Positions 22,813 to 33,880 of a DNA stretch of 64,000 nucleotides are shown one piece after another; the first letter of the stretch is position 1; the number at the start of each line of letters is the position of its first letter. Position numbers and translations under genes: made by a program. The notes under the pieces are model-generated. The model did no database searches. It was not told the DNA's origin and worked only from the letters and a program-made list of their open reading frames with translations. The stretch comes from an uncultured Chloroflexia bacterium (GTDB taxonomy: Bacteria; Chloroflexota; Limnocylindria; Limnocylindrales; CSP1-4). The stretch spans positions 1 to 64,000 of the forward strand of contig CAVPPB010000003.1 in assembly GCA_963707215.1 (NCBI GenBank), given 5' to 3'.

Positions 22813-25146
22813 GTGGCACGGACGAGTCGATCGCGCCGCGCGGGGACACGCAGGAGCACCCGCTCGAGGAGCACTCCCCGGGTCCAGCCGGACGTCGTCC
22901 GCTCGCTGGTGGGTCTGGGCCTGCTCGTCCTGGGCGTGATCACCCTCATCGCGCTGGCCTTGCCGGGCGAGGGGACGCTCACGACGTGGTGGCGGGACTT
23001 CTTCGCTCCCTGGTTCGGTACGGGTCGTTGGGCGCTGCCCTTCCTGCTCCTGGCCGCCGGCGTCTACGTCGAGTTCTATGCCGGTCGGGCAGGCAGCTCA
23101 GGCAGCCGCTGGGGAACCATCCTCGTCTGCCTGGCCGTCATCTACATCGCCGGACTCGGGCTCCTTCACCTGGTCGATCTGCCGGACCGGAGCGGCGGTC
23201 GCATCGGCGCCTTCGTCGGCGACCTGCTGGCGAGCCTCGTCAGCACCCCGGGAGCGATGGTCGTCCTGGTCGCCGTCACCGTTGCCTCGGTGCTCGTCAT
23301 CCTGGATCGCAGCCTCGGCAGTGTCCTCGGGCCGGCCTGGGACCGCGCCAGGGGGCTGGGCGGCACCCTCCGGGCGTCGATGCGAACCGAGGCGCCCGCG
23401 ACCGACGGCTCGACCCCCCGGGGTGCCCGGCAGGGTGCGTCGGCGACGACCGGCAGCGGTGGCGCCGGACCGGTCTCGAAGTCGCCATCGCCGGGTCAGG
23501 CCGCGGTCTGGGGTCCGGAGGGAGAGGCGACGCGCCCGGGGGCGATCCCGGTCGCGGTGCCTTCGGCCGGCCCGGTCTCGTCGACCTTCGCCCCGGCGGC
23601 CACGGCCGTCCGACCGGAGCCGGTCGTCCCGCCGGTTCCGGCGATGGTGCACCGCGACCCCGACGATGTGACCGAAGCGGGCGATGCGCCGCCGGCGATC
23701 GACGAACCGCCCTACGCGCTGCCGCCGCTGACCCTCCTCGAGGACGTAGCCCTGCCGACCGGGGGGGCGTCCATGGATCATGAGCGCAATGCCGCGATCA
23801 TCGTCGGCAAGCTGGCCAGCTTCAACATCCCGGCCCGTGTCATCCGCTGGAACGCCGGGCCCGTCGTGACCCAGTACGAGGTCGAGCCTGATCCGTCGAT
23901 CAAGGTCAGCCGGATCGAGGGCCTCTCCGACGACCTCTCGATGGCCCTGGCCGCACGGACCATCCGCATCGAGGCGCCGATCCCCGGCAAGAGCGTCGTC
24001 GGCATCGAGATCCCGAATATCGACTTCAACGTCGTCGCCCTGCGGCGGATCCTCGAGGAGGTCGACTTCGATGGCTCCGGCTCCAGGCTGACCTTCGCCC
24101 TCGGTCGGGACGTGGCGGGCCACGCCCGGGCTGCGGATCTCTCGAAGATGCCGCACATGCTCATCGCCGGGGCCACCGGCTCGGGCAAGAGCGTCATGGT
24201 CAATGCGCTGATCGCCAGCCTGCTGATGCATGCCACGCCCGATGAGGTCCGGCTCATCCTGATGGATCTCAAGCGAGTGGAGCTGGCGTCCTACAACGAG
24301 CTGCCCCACCTCCTCGTGCCGGTCATCACCGAGCCGGACCGAGCCAAGGCTGCGCTCAAGTGGACGGTCGCCGAGATGGAGAGCCGCTACCGCCGCTTCG
24401 CCGGGGCGACGGCCCGGAACATCACCACCTACAACGAGAGCCGGGCCGACCCGGCCGACCGGCTGCCGTACATCGTCATCATCATCGACGAGCTCGCCGA
24501 CCTCATGATGCGCGAGGGCAAGAACGTCGAGGACCCGATCGTTCGCCTGGCCCAGAAGGCCCGGGCCACCGGCATCCACCTGGTCCTGGCGACCCAGCGT
24601 CCGTCGGTCAATGTCGTCACTGGCCTCATCAAGGCGAACTTCCCGAGCCGGATCGCCTTCGCGATGGCTTCGCAGATCGACTCGCGGACCATCCTCGACG
24701 CCCCCGGCGCCGAGGACCTCATCGGGCGCGGCGACATGCTCTTCCAGCCGGCCGACCTGCCGCGGCCGATGCGCCTCCAGGGTGTCTTCGTCTCGGACAT
24801 GGAGATCCGGGCGATCACCGAGTACTGGCGCTCGTGGGACCACCACTACGATCTCGGCATCGTCGCCTCCGACGAGGCCGATGCCGCCGGCGGGGACGAT
24901 CTGACCGACGAGGATGCCGACCGATTGCTGCCGGATGCGGTCGAGGTGATCCGGGAGTACGATCGGGCCTCGGCGTCGCTCCTCCAGCGGCGACTCCGGA
25001 TCGGGTACGCCCGGGCGGCCCGCATCATCGACCAGCTGGAGGCCCGCGGCTACGTCGGACCGTTCGACGGCTCGAACGCCCGCCAGGTGCTCCGGCGGGA
25101 CGAGACCCCGGCCGCGGTCGACGCGCTGGAAGACGAGCGACCATGA
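22813..25146 (+). CDS. ftsK: DNA translocase FtsK/SpoIIIE
   Basis: 4TM N-terminus, GATGSGKS, IIDELADLM, LATQRPS, gamma domain SLLQRRLRIGYARAARIID. Confidence 0.96.
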   Translation: MARTSRSRRAGTRRSTRSRSTPRVQPDVVRSLVGLGLLVLGVITLIALALPGEGTLTTWWRDFFAPWFGTGRWALPFLLLAAGVYVEFYAGRAGSSGSRWGTILVCLAVIYIAGLGLLHLVDLPDRSGGRIGAFVGDLLASLVSTPGAMVVLVAVTVASVLVILDRSLGSVLGPAWDRARGLGGTLRASMRTEAPATDGSTPRGARQGASATTGSGGAGPVSKSPSPGQAAVWGPEGEATRPGAIPVAVPSAGPVSSTFAPAATAVRPEPVVPPVPAMVHRDPDDVTEAGDAPPAIDEPPYALPPLTLLEDVALPTGGASMDHERNAAIIVGKLASFNIPARVIRWNAGPVVTQYEVEPDPSIKVSRIEGLSDDLSMALAARTIRIEAPIPGKSVVGIEIPNIDFNVVALRRILEEVDFDGSGSRLTFALGRDVAGHARAADLSKMPHMLIAGATGSGKSVMVNALIASLLMHATPDEVRLILMDLKRVELASYNELPHLLVPVITEPDRAKAALKWTVAEMESRYRRFAGATARNITTYNESRADPADRLPYIVIIIDELADLMMREGKNVEDPIVRLAQKARATGIHLVLATQRPSVNVVTGLIKANFPSRIAFAMASQIDSRTILDAPGAEDLIGRGDMLFQPADLPRPMRLQGVFVSDMEIRAITEYWRSWDHHYDLGIVASDEADAAGGDDLTDEDADRLLPDAVEVIREYDRASASLLQRRLRIGYARAARIIDQLEARGYVGPFDGSNARQVLRRDETPAAVDALEDERP

Positions 25147-26624
25147 CGACCCGTAACCACGCCCGTCCCGTCCGCGATCGGACGTCGAGCCGACGTTCGA
25201 ACGGAGGTCCGCCGCCAGGCTTCGACGGACCGGCCCTGCCGGAGCGACTCGCTGCCGCGCGCGAGCGGAAAGGGGTCGATCTCTACCGTGCCGAGCGGGA
25301 CACGAAGATCCGGGCGCGGTATCTCGCCGCCCTCGAACGGGGCGACGAGCGGGACCTGCCGGGTACGGTGTACACGAAGGGCTTCCTGCGCAACTACGCG
25401 ATCTACCTTGGACTCGACCCCGACGAGGTCCTGGCCCAGTGGCACGCCGAGCACGGCGATCCTCGGGCCCCGCTGGCCGAGATCGCCGGGCCTCGGCCGC
25501 TCTCAGCGCCGCGACCGGGACTCACGTTCTCGCCGGGCATCCTCGTGGCGGTCCTCATGACCATCGCTGTCGTCGCCTTCTTCGGCTACCTGGGTGTCCA
25601 GCTGCTGCGCTTCGCCAAGCCCCCCACGATCGCCGTGAGCGTGCCAGCCGCCGCCGTCACCGAGGTGGACGAGACGACCACCGAGTACACCTTCCGGGGG
25701 ACCTCGATCCCGGGGGCCACGGTCGAGATCGCCGCGACGGGTCGCGAGCAGCCGTACCGGGTCTCGGCCGATGACGACGGCGCCTGGACCGCCGTCGTGG
25801 ACGTCTCCCGTGGCCAGAACCAGTTCGAGGTGAATGCCAAGGACCCCGAGACCGGCAAGATCGCGGAGACGCCGGTCCAGCGGGTCATCGTCGTCCCGTT
25901 CCCGGAGATCCTTGCCCCGACACTGACCGTCGACTCACCTGAGGATGGCGCGACCTTCGAGAACGGTGCTATCCCGGTCACCGGGCGGACGACGAATGCG
26001 TCGTCCGTCACCGTCCAGGCCATCTATCTGGCCCCCCCGGGCGAGCCCATCCCGTCACCCGTGGCCAGCCCGTCCCCGCCGCCGTCCCCATCGGCGGCGC
26101 CGTCGCCGAGCGTCGGGGCCGCCCCCGACCCCAGCGCCGGTCCTTCGCCGTCGCCGGTGCCGGATGCCTCGTCCACACCGGACGGGGCCGAACCCGGCGG
26201 GACGACCGTCGAACCGGAGACCGACGGCAGCTTCTCGGTCCCGCTCGAGCTCACCAGTGGCCAGTGGCGGATCGTGGTCACGGCTACGTCGGCCGAGGGC
26301 AAGACGGTCTCGCTCGACCGTGCCGTCACGATCAGCTACACCGGCGTCACGCTCGTCGTGACCATCGAGGGCAGCGCCGCGTGGCTGAAGGTCTGGGTCG
26401 ACGGAGCGCTCGACCCGACGATCGGCGGGGCCGGGCAGACCGTGCGCCCAGGTCGCTCCCTGACCTTCACCGGCGACGACTCGGTCGAGGTACGGACCGG
26501 GAACTCCGGCGGGACCCTCTTCACCCTGAACGGTGAGGCGCTCGGTGCCCTCGGCCGGAGCGGGATCCCGGAGACCTGGCTGTTCGCGCCGCCCGATCCG
26601 CCGGTCCAGACGAACCGTCGCTGA
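25143..26624 (+). CDS. rodZ: RodZ-like HTH membrane protein with extra Ig-like domains
   Basis: HTH ([27 protein letters not shown]), one TM, beta-rich repeats, C-terminal WLKVWVDG...VRTGN..G..LNG. Confidence 0.8.
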   Translation: MTTRNHARPVRDRTSSRRSNGGPPPGFDGPALPERLAAARERKGVDLYRAERDTKIRARYLAALERGDERDLPGTVYTKGFLRNYAIYLGLDPDEVLAQWHAEHGDPRAPLAEIAGPRPLSAPRPGLTFSPGILVAVLMTIAVVAFFGYLGVQLLRFAKPPTIAVSVPAAAVTEVDETTTEYTFRGTSIPGATVEIAATGREQPYRVSADDDGAWTAVVDVSRGQNQFEVNAKDPETGKIAETPVQRVIVVPFPEILAPTLTVDSPEDGATFENGAIPVTGRTTNASSVTVQAIYLAPPGEPIPSPVASPSPPPSPSAAPSPSVGAAPDPSAGPSPSPVPDASSTPDGAEPGGTTVEPETDGSFSVPLELTSGQWRIVVTATSAEGKTVSLDRAVTISYTGVTLVVTIEGSAAWLKVWVDGALDPTIGGAGQTVRPGRSLTFTGDDSVEVRTGNSGGTLFTLNGEALGALGRSGIPETWLFAPPDPPVQTNRR

Positions 26625-26629
26625 GCGGC

Positions 26630-27136
26630 GTGGCTGGCCGCGACCTCGTCGACCTTGCCGAGCGCCTCCAGGCCCGGTGCCTGGCCGGGGCGTGGACGGT
26701 GGCAACGGCCGAATCCTGCACCGGCGGCCTCGCGGCTCACGCCCTCACAGCGGTGCCCGGATCCTCGGGCTACGTCGTCGGGGGCGTCGTCGCGTATGCC
26801 GACCGGATCAAGGTCGAGCTACTCGGGGTGCCGACCGACACCCTCGGAGCGCACGGTGCCGTGAGCGCCCAGGTCGCGGTCGCCATGGCCGCCGGTGCCG
26901 TTGAGCGCCTGGGGGCCGATCTGGCCGTCGCCGTGACCGGGATCGCCGGTCCGGCCGGAGGCAGCGCCGAGAAACCGGTCGGCACCACCTATATCGCCAC
27001 GAGCGGCATCGGTGGGACCGCGGTCCGACGGTTCCATTTCGACGGCGACCGGGTCGCCATCAGGGACGCGGCCGCCGCGGCGGCCCTGGAGATGCTCCTC
27101 GACGCCACCGGAGCCGCCGATCCGGTCGATCGATGA
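26630..27136 (+). CDS. CinA C-terminal domain protein (NMN deamidase PncC-like)
   Basis: AESCTGG, PGSS, GAVS, TGIAGP.GGS.EKPVG. Confidence 0.9.
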   Translation: MAGRDLVDLAERLQARCLAGAWTVATAESCTGGLAAHALTAVPGSSGYVVGGVVAYADRIKVELLGVPTDTLGAHGAVSAQVAVAMAAGAVERLGADLAVAVTGIAGPAGGSAEKPVGTTYIATSGIGGTAVRRFHFDGDRVAIRDAAAAAALEMLLDATGAADPVDR

Positions 27137-28677
27137 CGGCTGCGCGTCGCGGCGCCATCGGGGCCGGCCTCGAGCCGGCCCGAAGGGCACGGAAGATCGT
27201 CCGTGGCGAGCGGATCCATGTCGTGGGGGTCGCCGGGGCCGGTGCCAGCGCAGCCGCGCTGCTGGCGGCTGCTGCCGGGGCGACGGTGACGGGCTGCGAC
27301 CCGGGCGGGCCGTCGCCCTACACAGCGGCGCTGGAAGCTGCCGGGATCCCACTCACCTGGGCCCACGACGCAGCCCATGTGTCCACGCAGCCGCCGCCGA
27401 GCCGGCTGGCGGTCACCAAGGCGCTGACGGCGATCGATCCGGACCATCCGGAGCTGGTCGCTGCTCGGGCTGCCGGGATCCCGGTCGAGGCGTGGCAACA
27501 GGTCGTGGCCGACGCCGCGACCGATCGCCGCCTCGTGGCCGTGGCTGGCACGCATGGCAAGAGCACGACCGCCGGGTGGCTTGTCCATGTCCTCACCGGC
27601 GCAGGCCTGGATCCTTCTGCCTTCGTCGGGGCGCTGCTGCCTGCAGGCGTCGTCGGTGGCCCTCCGGCGACGGCTCGGATCGGCGGGGGTGGCGTGCTCG
27701 TGGTCGAGGCCGACGAGTACGCGGGCAACTTCGACCCGTACCGCCCCGACCAGGTCGTCCTCACGAACATCGACTGGGACCACCCCGACGTCTTCGCCGA
27801 TCGAGCCGACGTCGTCGACGCGTTCGAGTCATGGATCCGGAGAGCGGCGACCGCCGGCCCTGGGCCCACGGTCATCATGAACGTCGGGGATGCCGGATCG
27901 CGTGAGCTCGAGGCTCGCCTCGACGACCCGGGGATCACCATCCGACGCTACGCCCTCGGCGATGAACCACGGGCAGGGACCGCCGACGCCTCCGGTGGGT
28001 CCGACCGGCCGGATCCCGGAGGCGTCCTCGTGGGGGATATCGTGGAGGCCACCCCCTCGGGGACGACGCTGGGCCTGCGCCTGGATGGGCGTGAGCTGGG
28101 TCGGGTGGTCCTGGCGACCGCAGGCCGCCACAATGCCGCTGACGCCCTCGCCGTCATCCGCGGAGCCCTGGACCTGGGCGTGCCACTCGCGCGGATCCTC
28201 GACGAGCTCGGGTCCTTCCACGGCGTGGGCCGCCGGCTCGAGCTCAAGGGCTCCGCGGGCGGGGTCGCTGTCTACGATGACTACGGGCACCACCCCACGG
28301 CGATCCGGGAGACCCTTGCGGCGGTCCGTCAGCGCGAGCCTGGTCGACGCGTCTGGGCCATCTACGAGCCGCTCACCTACCATCGCACCGCTGCCCTCCT
28401 CGACGCGTTCGCCGACGTCCTGGCCACGGCCGACGCCATAGCGATCGCCGACATCTGGGCCGGGAGGGACCCGGACCTGACCGTGACCTCGGCGGCGGCC
28501 CTTGCTGATGCCGTCCGGACCCGGGCTCCGGACCGCCCGGTCCATGCTCCTGGATCCGTGGAATCGACCGCGGCCTTCCTGGCCAGCGCCGTCGTGCCCG
28601 GGGACGTGGTGCTGGTCATGGGCGGGGGACGGAGCTATCGGATCGCCGAGCTCCTGGTCGCGGCGCTCGCGAGCTGA
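27133..28677 (+). CDS. murC: UDP-N-acetylmuramate-L-alanine ligase (MurC/Mpl family)
   Basis: [37 protein letters not shown]. Confidence 0.8.
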   Translation: MTAARRGAIGAGLEPARRARKIVRGERIHVVGVAGAGASAAALLAAAAGATVTGCDPGGPSPYTAALEAAGIPLTWAHDAAHVSTQPPPSRLAVTKALTAIDPDHPELVAARAAGIPVEAWQQVVADAATDRRLVAVAGTHGKSTTAGWLVHVLTGAGLDPSAFVGALLPAGVVGGPPATARIGGGGVLVVEADEYAGNFDPYRPDQVVLTNIDWDHPDVFADRADVVDAFESWIRRAATAGPGPTVIMNVGDAGSRELEARLDDPGITIRRYALGDEPRAGTADASGGSDRPDPGGVLVGDIVEATPSGTTLGLRLDGRELGRVVLATAGRHNAADALAVIRGALDLGVPLARILDELGSFHGVGRRLELKGSAGGVAVYDDYGHHPTAIRETLAAVRQREPGRRVWAIYEPLTYHRTAALLDAFADVLATADAIAIADIWAGRDPDLTVTSAAALADAVRTRAPDRPVHAPGSVESTAAFLASAVVPGDVVLVMGGGRSYRIAELLVAALAS

Positions 28678-28851
28678 GCCTCGATCACCAGCGACCCCGG
28701 AGGCGGATCGTCGCTTCGAGGCAGCCGGCCTTCCCGACCCATGGAACGCCGTCAGGCGGCATACTTGTCGCTATCCAGCACGAGCCGCGGCCGGTCGCGT
28801 CATCGGCGATCGGCAACGGCGCGCGACGCGGACACGATGGAGGTGGACCGT

Positions 28852-29343
28852 TTGGCCGGAGAGGTCTCGTTCGACGTCGTCAGCGACTTCGACGCCCAGG
28901 AGCTTCGCAACGCCCTTGACCAGGTCCGGCGCGAGACGACGGCCCGGTACGACTTCAAGGGTGTCACGGTCGACCTCCAGCAGGGCGCGGATGAGATCGT
29001 CCTGGTGACCGACGACGAATACCGTGCCAAGGCCATCCGCGATCTCATCGAGTCGAAGGCGCTCCGACGCGGGCTCTCGCTGAAGATCTTCGACTGGGGG
29101 TCGATCGACCCGGCCGGAGGTCATCGTGTGCGCCAGGTCATCACCCTGCGTCGCGGCCTCCCCGATGAGCTCTCGAGGCGCCTGGTCAAGGACATCCGCC
29201 AGTCCTTTCCCAAGGTCCAGCCGCGGGTCCAGGGCGATGCCATCCGCGTGGTCGGCAAGAGCAAGGACGAGCTCCAGCGGGTGATCGCCTACCTGCGGGA
29301 CCTCGATCTCGAGGTGCCGCTCCAGTTCGAGAACTACCGGTAG
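28852..29343 (+). CDS. yajQ: YajQ family nucleotide-binding protein
   Basis: SFDVVS, RYDFKG, QGDAIRV.GKSKDELQ, LQFENYR; GGAGG then TTG 28852. Confidence 0.92.
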   Translation: MAGEVSFDVVSDFDAQELRNALDQVRRETTARYDFKGVTVDLQQGADEIVLVTDDEYRAKAIRDLIESKALRRGLSLKIFDWGSIDPAGGHRVRQVITLRRGLPDELSRRLVKDIRQSFPKVQPRVQGDAIRVVGKSKDELQRVIAYLRDLDLEVPLQFENYR

Positions 29344-29361
29344 GGGAGGGGAGGCGGAACG

Positions 29362-29457
29362 ATGATGCCCGGCAGCCGCTACATGCGGGTCGTGATGGTG
29401 ATCGTCATGGTCCTCGTCGTCCTGGGTCTCGTCGTGTCCACGCTTCCGAGTCCGTGA
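29362..29457 (+). CDS. 31-aa single-TM small protein
   Basis: MMPGSRYMRVVMVIVMVLVVLGLVVSTLPSP; GGAGG SD; stop overlaps next ATG (TGATG). Confidence 0.65.
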   Translation: MMPGSRYMRVVMVIVMVLVVLGLVVSTLPSP

Positions 29458-31535
29458 TGGCCGACGAGCACGACACGACGGAGATGGAGCCGAGCGGGAT
29501 CGACGCGGGGTCGGCCGCCATCGAGGGGCCGCCCACCGAGGGGGATCGGGGCACACCGCTCGAGGGCTCGGGTCCTGCCGATCCGCTCGTGCCGAGCCCT
29601 GACGCGCTGCCGGTGACGCTCGAGACGCCGCTGCAGGGTCCATCCGACGAAGCCGTCACGGAGCTCGCCTCCGAGACCGGGTCGCCGGGCATCGAGTCGG
29701 CAACCTCACCGGCCGGCGAGACCGAGCCTGGACCCCCGGCCGGATCGCCACCGGTCGTCCAGCCACCTCCTGATCCCACCGCACTCCCCGTCGAGGAGGA
29801 GGAGGCGCCGGTGGAGACCCAGGACCGGATCGACGCCACGCAGCCCGCGGTGCCCCGCGGGGCCTCCGCCGGTGGCCCTGACCTGACCGTCGCGCAGGCA
29901 GTCGCCACGGCCCTGCGGGGGGCCGGTATGCGCTGGGCGTTCACCGTCGCGGGCGAAAGCTTCCTCGGCCTGCTCGAGGCGCTCACCGACAGCGGGATCC
30001 GCGTCGTCGCGACCCGACACGAGGGCGGCGCGGCGTTCATGGCAGAGGCCGTCGCACAGCTCACCGGCCGGCCGGCGGCGGTCCTCGCGACGCGGGCCGT
30101 CGGCGCCTCCAACCTGGCCATCGGGCTGCACACCGCTCGGGCGGACTCGACCCCTCTGGTCGCCCTCGTCGGCCAGGTCGAGCGGGCCGTGCGCGGTCGC
30201 GAGGCATTCCAGGAAGCCGATCTCGTCGGATCCGTCGGAGCCCTCGCGACGTATGCGGCCGAGCCGACATCGCCGTCCGAGGCTCGGGCGGCGACCTCCG
30301 AGGCGCTTGCCCGGGCGCTCGGCGGTCGACCGGGACCGGTGCTCCTGGCCTTCCCAGAAGACCTCCTCGACGAGCCGGCAGAGGGGTGGGATGGGTCCCT
30401 CGAGAACGGTGCGGCCCCGGCTGCCCGGCCGGACCCGGAGGTCGTTCGGTCGATCCTCCACCTGCTGGCCGGTGCCGAGCGACCGGTGATCCTGGCCGGT
30501 GCGGGCGTCCTCCGGGCTCGTTGCTCGACCGACCTGCTTCGTCTCGCCGAGGCCCTCCGGGTGCCGATCATCGCCTCGTGGCGACGAGGCGATGTCGTCC
30601 CGAACGAGCACCCGTTGTACCTGGGCATGACGGGATTCGGGGCTCCCGCCACGGTGCAGCAGCGGCTCGAGGCTGCCGATGCGGTCCTCGTGCTCGGGTC
30701 GCGGCTTAACGAGATCACCACATTCGGCTACCGCGTCCCACGTCCGGGTATCCGTTGGGCGCACGTCGATCTCGAGCCACGTGGTGGGAGCGACGACCCG
30801 TCCCCGCCCGACCTCGCCCTGGCCGCCGATGCCAGGGCCTTCCTCCGGACGGCCCTGCGCCGCCTCGATGGGGCGGTCCTGGAGGTCGCCGTCGCGGACC
30901 GGCGGGCTGCGGGCAATGCGACCGATCGGGCGGCATACGAGGCGGCCTCGTTGGTCGACGGGGCCACCTGGAGCGGCCCGGGCGTGCACCCGGGGAGGAT
31001 CGTCGCGTCTCTGGGCCGAGTCCTCCCGGAGGATGCCATCGTGACGACCGACGCCGGCAGCTTCGCTGGATGGCTCGCCCGTGGGTTCCGGTTCCGCCGA
31101 CCGGGCACGTTCCTCGGCCCGACCTCGGGTGCGATGGGATACGGGCTCCCGGCTGCCATCGCGGCGGCGCTCGTCCACCGCGACCGTCCAGCGGTCGCCT
31201 GGACCGGCGACGGCGGGTTCGCGATGACGATGGCGGAGCTGGAGACCGCGGTCCGCGAGAAGCTGAACGTGATCGCCGTCGTCCTCGACAACGAGCGCTA
31301 CGGGATGATCCGGTCCCACCAGGATCTGCGGCCGGGCGGTCGGGGCGTGGCAACCGATCTGGGTCCGATCGACTTCGCCGCCGTCGCCCGGGGGTTCGGG
31401 GCCCAGGGCGTTCGTATCGACCGCGACGAGGACTTCGAGGCTGCGCTCCGTACCGCGCTGCGGGCAGGCGGCCCGACGGTCCTGCACCTGCCCCTTGACC
31501 GGGCATGGACGAGCGTCAACGACCTGCCCGGCTGA
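29457..31535 (+). CDS. thiamine diphosphate enzyme (acetolactate synthase-like) with long Pro/acidic N-terminal extension
   Basis: GESFL, TRHEGGAAFMAE, SGAMGYGLPAA, GDGGF..T..ELET...DN..YG. Confidence 0.9.
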   Translation: MADEHDTTEMEPSGIDAGSAAIEGPPTEGDRGTPLEGSGPADPLVPSPDALPVTLETPLQGPSDEAVTELASETGSPGIESATSPAGETEPGPPAGSPPVVQPPPDPTALPVEEEEAPVETQDRIDATQPAVPRGASAGGPDLTVAQAVATALRGAGMRWAFTVAGESFLGLLEALTDSGIRVVATRHEGGAAFMAEAVAQLTGRPAAVLATRAVGASNLAIGLHTARADSTPLVALVGQVERAVRGREAFQEADLVGSVGALATYAAEPTSPSEARAATSEALARALGGRPGPVLLAFPEDLLDEPAEGWDGSLENGAAPAARPDPEVVRSILHLLAGAERPVILAGAGVLRARCSTDLLRLAEALRVPIIASWRRGDVVPNEHPLYLGMTGFGAPATVQQRLEAADAVLVLGSRLNEITTFGYRVPRPGIRWAHVDLEPRGGSDDPSPPDLALAADARAFLRTALRRLDGAVLEVAVADRRAAGNATDRAAYEAASLVDGATWSGPGVHPGRIVASLGRVLPEDAIVTTDAGSFAGWLARGFRFRRPGTFLGPTSGAMGYGLPAAIAAALVHRDRPAVAWTGDGGFAMTMAELETAVREKLNVIAVVLDNERYGMIRSHQDLRPGGRGVATDLGPIDFAAVARGFGAQGVRIDRDEDFEAALRTALRAGGPTVLHLPLDRAWTSVNDLPG

Positions 31536-31612
31536 GGACGCCTTCGAGCCGGTTCAGTGGTTGCCGGCGCAACGATATTCTGCCATGCTGGGGTCCCCAA
31601 AGGAGTCCGAAC

Positions 31613-32614
31613 ATGCCCGCCGTCAGCGTCCCCGATATCACCGTGCTGCCTCGTGTCGCGAGGCCGGACCCCATGGCGGCCGTGCAGCGTCCGGTCCGGA
31701 GCGTGACGGTCGCTCCCAGTGCGTTCGAGGGCGAGGGATTCCCGGTCAGGCGAGCGTTCGCCGGCGTCGATCTCGCCGATCTGGATCCGTTCGTCCACCT
31801 CGATCAGATGGGCGAGGTGGAGTACGCCCCGGGTGAGCCCAAGGGCACGCCGTGGCATCCGCATCGCGGCTTCGAGACCGTGACCTACATGATGGACGGG
31901 ACGTTCGAGCACAGCGATTCGAACGGTGGGGGAGGGGTCATCACCAACGGCGACACGCAGTGGATGACCGCGGGGGCCGGGATCCTCCACATCGAGAAGC
32001 CGCCAGAGGCGCTCGTCGTCAGCGGCGGCCTCTTCCACGGGCTCCAGCTCTGGGTGAACCTGCCGCGCGCGCAGAAGTGGGCGGCACCGCGCTACCAGGA
32101 TCTCCGCGCCTCGGAGGTCGCCCTCCTCGCCTCCGAGGACGGCGGGGCGCTCCTCCGGGTCATCGCCGGCGATCTCGGAGGACACCGCGGCCCGGGCTCC
32201 ACGTACACGCCGATGACGATGGTCCATGCCACCGTCAGCGCTGGCGGCCAGGTGGATCTGCCGTGGCGAGCCGACCAGAACGCCCTTCTCTACGTCCTGT
32301 CCGGCCACGGCACCGTGGGGCCCGATCAACGACCGGTGCGGACCGGCCAGCTCGTCGTCTTCGGCGCCGGCGACACGCTGACCTTCACGGCGGCCGAGGT
32401 CCAGGAGAGCCGGAGCCCGAGTCTTGAGGTCGTGCTCCTCGGCGGCCGGCCGATCCGCGAGCCGGTGGCGTGGTACGGCCCGTTCGTCATGAACACCCGA
32501 GACGAGATCATCCAGGCCATCGAGGACTACCAGGCGGGTCGCCTCGGCTCCGTCCCGGCCGTCCACGGCGCGCCGACCACCTTGGTGGAGTCGCGGGCGT
32601 CGCACGCCGACTGA
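31613..32614 (+). CDS. pirin family protein
   Basis: DPFVHLDQM, WHPHRGFETVTY, QWMTAGAGILHIE, GPFVMNT. Confidence 0.95.
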   Translation: MPAVSVPDITVLPRVARPDPMAAVQRPVRSVTVAPSAFEGEGFPVRRAFAGVDLADLDPFVHLDQMGEVEYAPGEPKGTPWHPHRGFETVTYMMDGTFEHSDSNGGGGVITNGDTQWMTAGAGILHIEKPPEALVVSGGLFHGLQLWVNLPRAQKWAAPRYQDLRASEVALLASEDGGALLRVIAGDLGGHRGPGSTYTPMTMVHATVSAGGQVDLPWRADQNALLYVLSGHGTVGPDQRPVRTGQLVVFGAGDTLTFTAAEVQESRSPSLEVVLLGGRPIREPVAWYGPFVMNTRDEIIQAIEDYQAGRLGSVPAVHGAPTTLVESRASHAD

Positions 32615-32643
32615 CCCGCCCTCGACACGCAGAGGAGCACGCC

Positions 32644-32973
32644 GTGGCATACGACGAAGGACTCGCGGAGCGGATCCGCCGCGTCGTGGGGTCGCAGCCC
32701 GCTGCCATGGAGCGGAAGATGTTCGGCGGGATCGCCTTCATGATCAACGGGAACATGGCCTGCGGGGTCATCGGGAGGGATCTCATGGTCCGGGTCGGTC
32801 CCGACGCCCATGACTCGGCCCTGTCCGAGGCTCACGCGCGACCGATGGACTTCAACGGGCGCCCGATGCGGGGGATGGTGTTCGTCGCTCCTGCCGGGGT
32901 CGCGAGCGATGCCGATCTCGAACGCTGGGTCGAGCGCGGAGCCTCATTCGCGGGTTCCCTGCCGGTCAAGTGA
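32644..32973 (+). CDS. TfoX N-terminal domain protein
   Basis: MAYDEGLAERIR, ERKMFGG..FM.NGNM, PMDF.GRPM.G. Confidence 0.88.
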   Translation: MAYDEGLAERIRRVVGSQPAAMERKMFGGIAFMINGNMACGVIGRDLMVRVGPDAHDSALSEAHARPMDFNGRPMRGMVFVAPAGVASDADLERWVERGASFAGSLPVK

Positions 32974-33013
32974 CGATCACCGGGATCGGACCGCAGCCGT
33001 GGAGGTCGAAGCG

Positions 33014-33421
33014 ATGACGACAGGTTCCGGCACACCCGATGATCCCTGGGTGCTGCGCACCCCACCGGGCACCTCGGAGTACGCCATGTGGCGTGACGAA
33101 GACGCCGATCCCCCGGCGCTCGTCTGCCAGGTGGGCACCACCCAGCTCCGCTACCGCCTCCGGGCGATCGAGGATCTGCACGCGATGCTCCGGGCCGACG
33201 GCGGATGGATGCCGCTCGGGGCGGCCGACGAGCAGAGAGCTGCAGCCGGGGGCACCGTCGAGGCGTGGGGGCGTTCGGCCGACAACCCGGTCGGGGGCTG
33301 GTACGGTCTTCGCAAGGGCTACCGAGGCCGGTTCGGGATGTACGTGCCGCCGTTGCTGGAGGTTCTCGGGCTGGCCGAGCTCACTCACGAGCCTCGCAAC
33401 AACCGGATGCGCGCCGTCTGA
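33014..33421 (+). CDS. conserved hypothetical protein (DUF6855-like, from recall)
   Basis: GTPDDPWVLRTPPGTSEY...NPVGGWYGLRKGYRGRFGMY; GGAGG SD. Confidence 0.7.
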   Translation: MTTGSGTPDDPWVLRTPPGTSEYAMWRDEDADPPALVCQVGTTQLRYRLRAIEDLHAMLRADGGWMPLGAADEQRAAAGGTVEAWGRSADNPVGGWYGLRKGYRGRFGMYVPPLLEVLGLAELTHEPRNNRMRAV

Positions 33422-33516
33422 CACTGGCGACCCTCCCGGGCCGGCTCTTGACCGGTGTGCGAGCATCGGTCCACGGCCGCCCGGGTGGCCCGGGTGGCCG
33501 GTGCTGGAGGCGTCCC

Positions 33517-33780
33517 ATGCCCTCGCCGACCCTGTTCCCTGCGAGCGTCCTCCGAGCGCCCGCCCCGTCCGCCCGGTGTTCGTGTGAGCACTCGATCCAC
33601 TGTGACTGCGCCTGTCACGGACGCGACTGCGACCCGACCCAGACCAGCTGCGACCTGGACTTCCTGCCGGACGATGGCGGGCTCACCCGCTGGGGCTGCG
33701 CCGGCTGCACGCCGGGCGAAGCCGGGGCCCACTACCTCGGCTGCGAGCTGATCGGCTGGAACGTGTCACTCGGGCGGTGA
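33517..33780 (+). CDS. small Cys/His-rich protein (87 aa)
   Basis: CSCEHSIHCDCACH...C...C...CAGC...HYLGC; GGAGG SD. Confidence 0.6.
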   Translation: MPSPTLFPASVLRAPAPSARCSCEHSIHCDCACHGRDCDPTQTSCDLDFLPDDGGLTRWGCAGCTPGEAGAHYLGCELIGWNVSLGR

Positions 33781-33880
33781 GCCACCCGATCGCCCCGCCA
33801 GACTCATCCAAGGACCCTGCCACGCTCGTGGCCGCCTGCTAGGCTCTGCAGCCCCAGCCTGACCGCGCACGGAGACCGCG

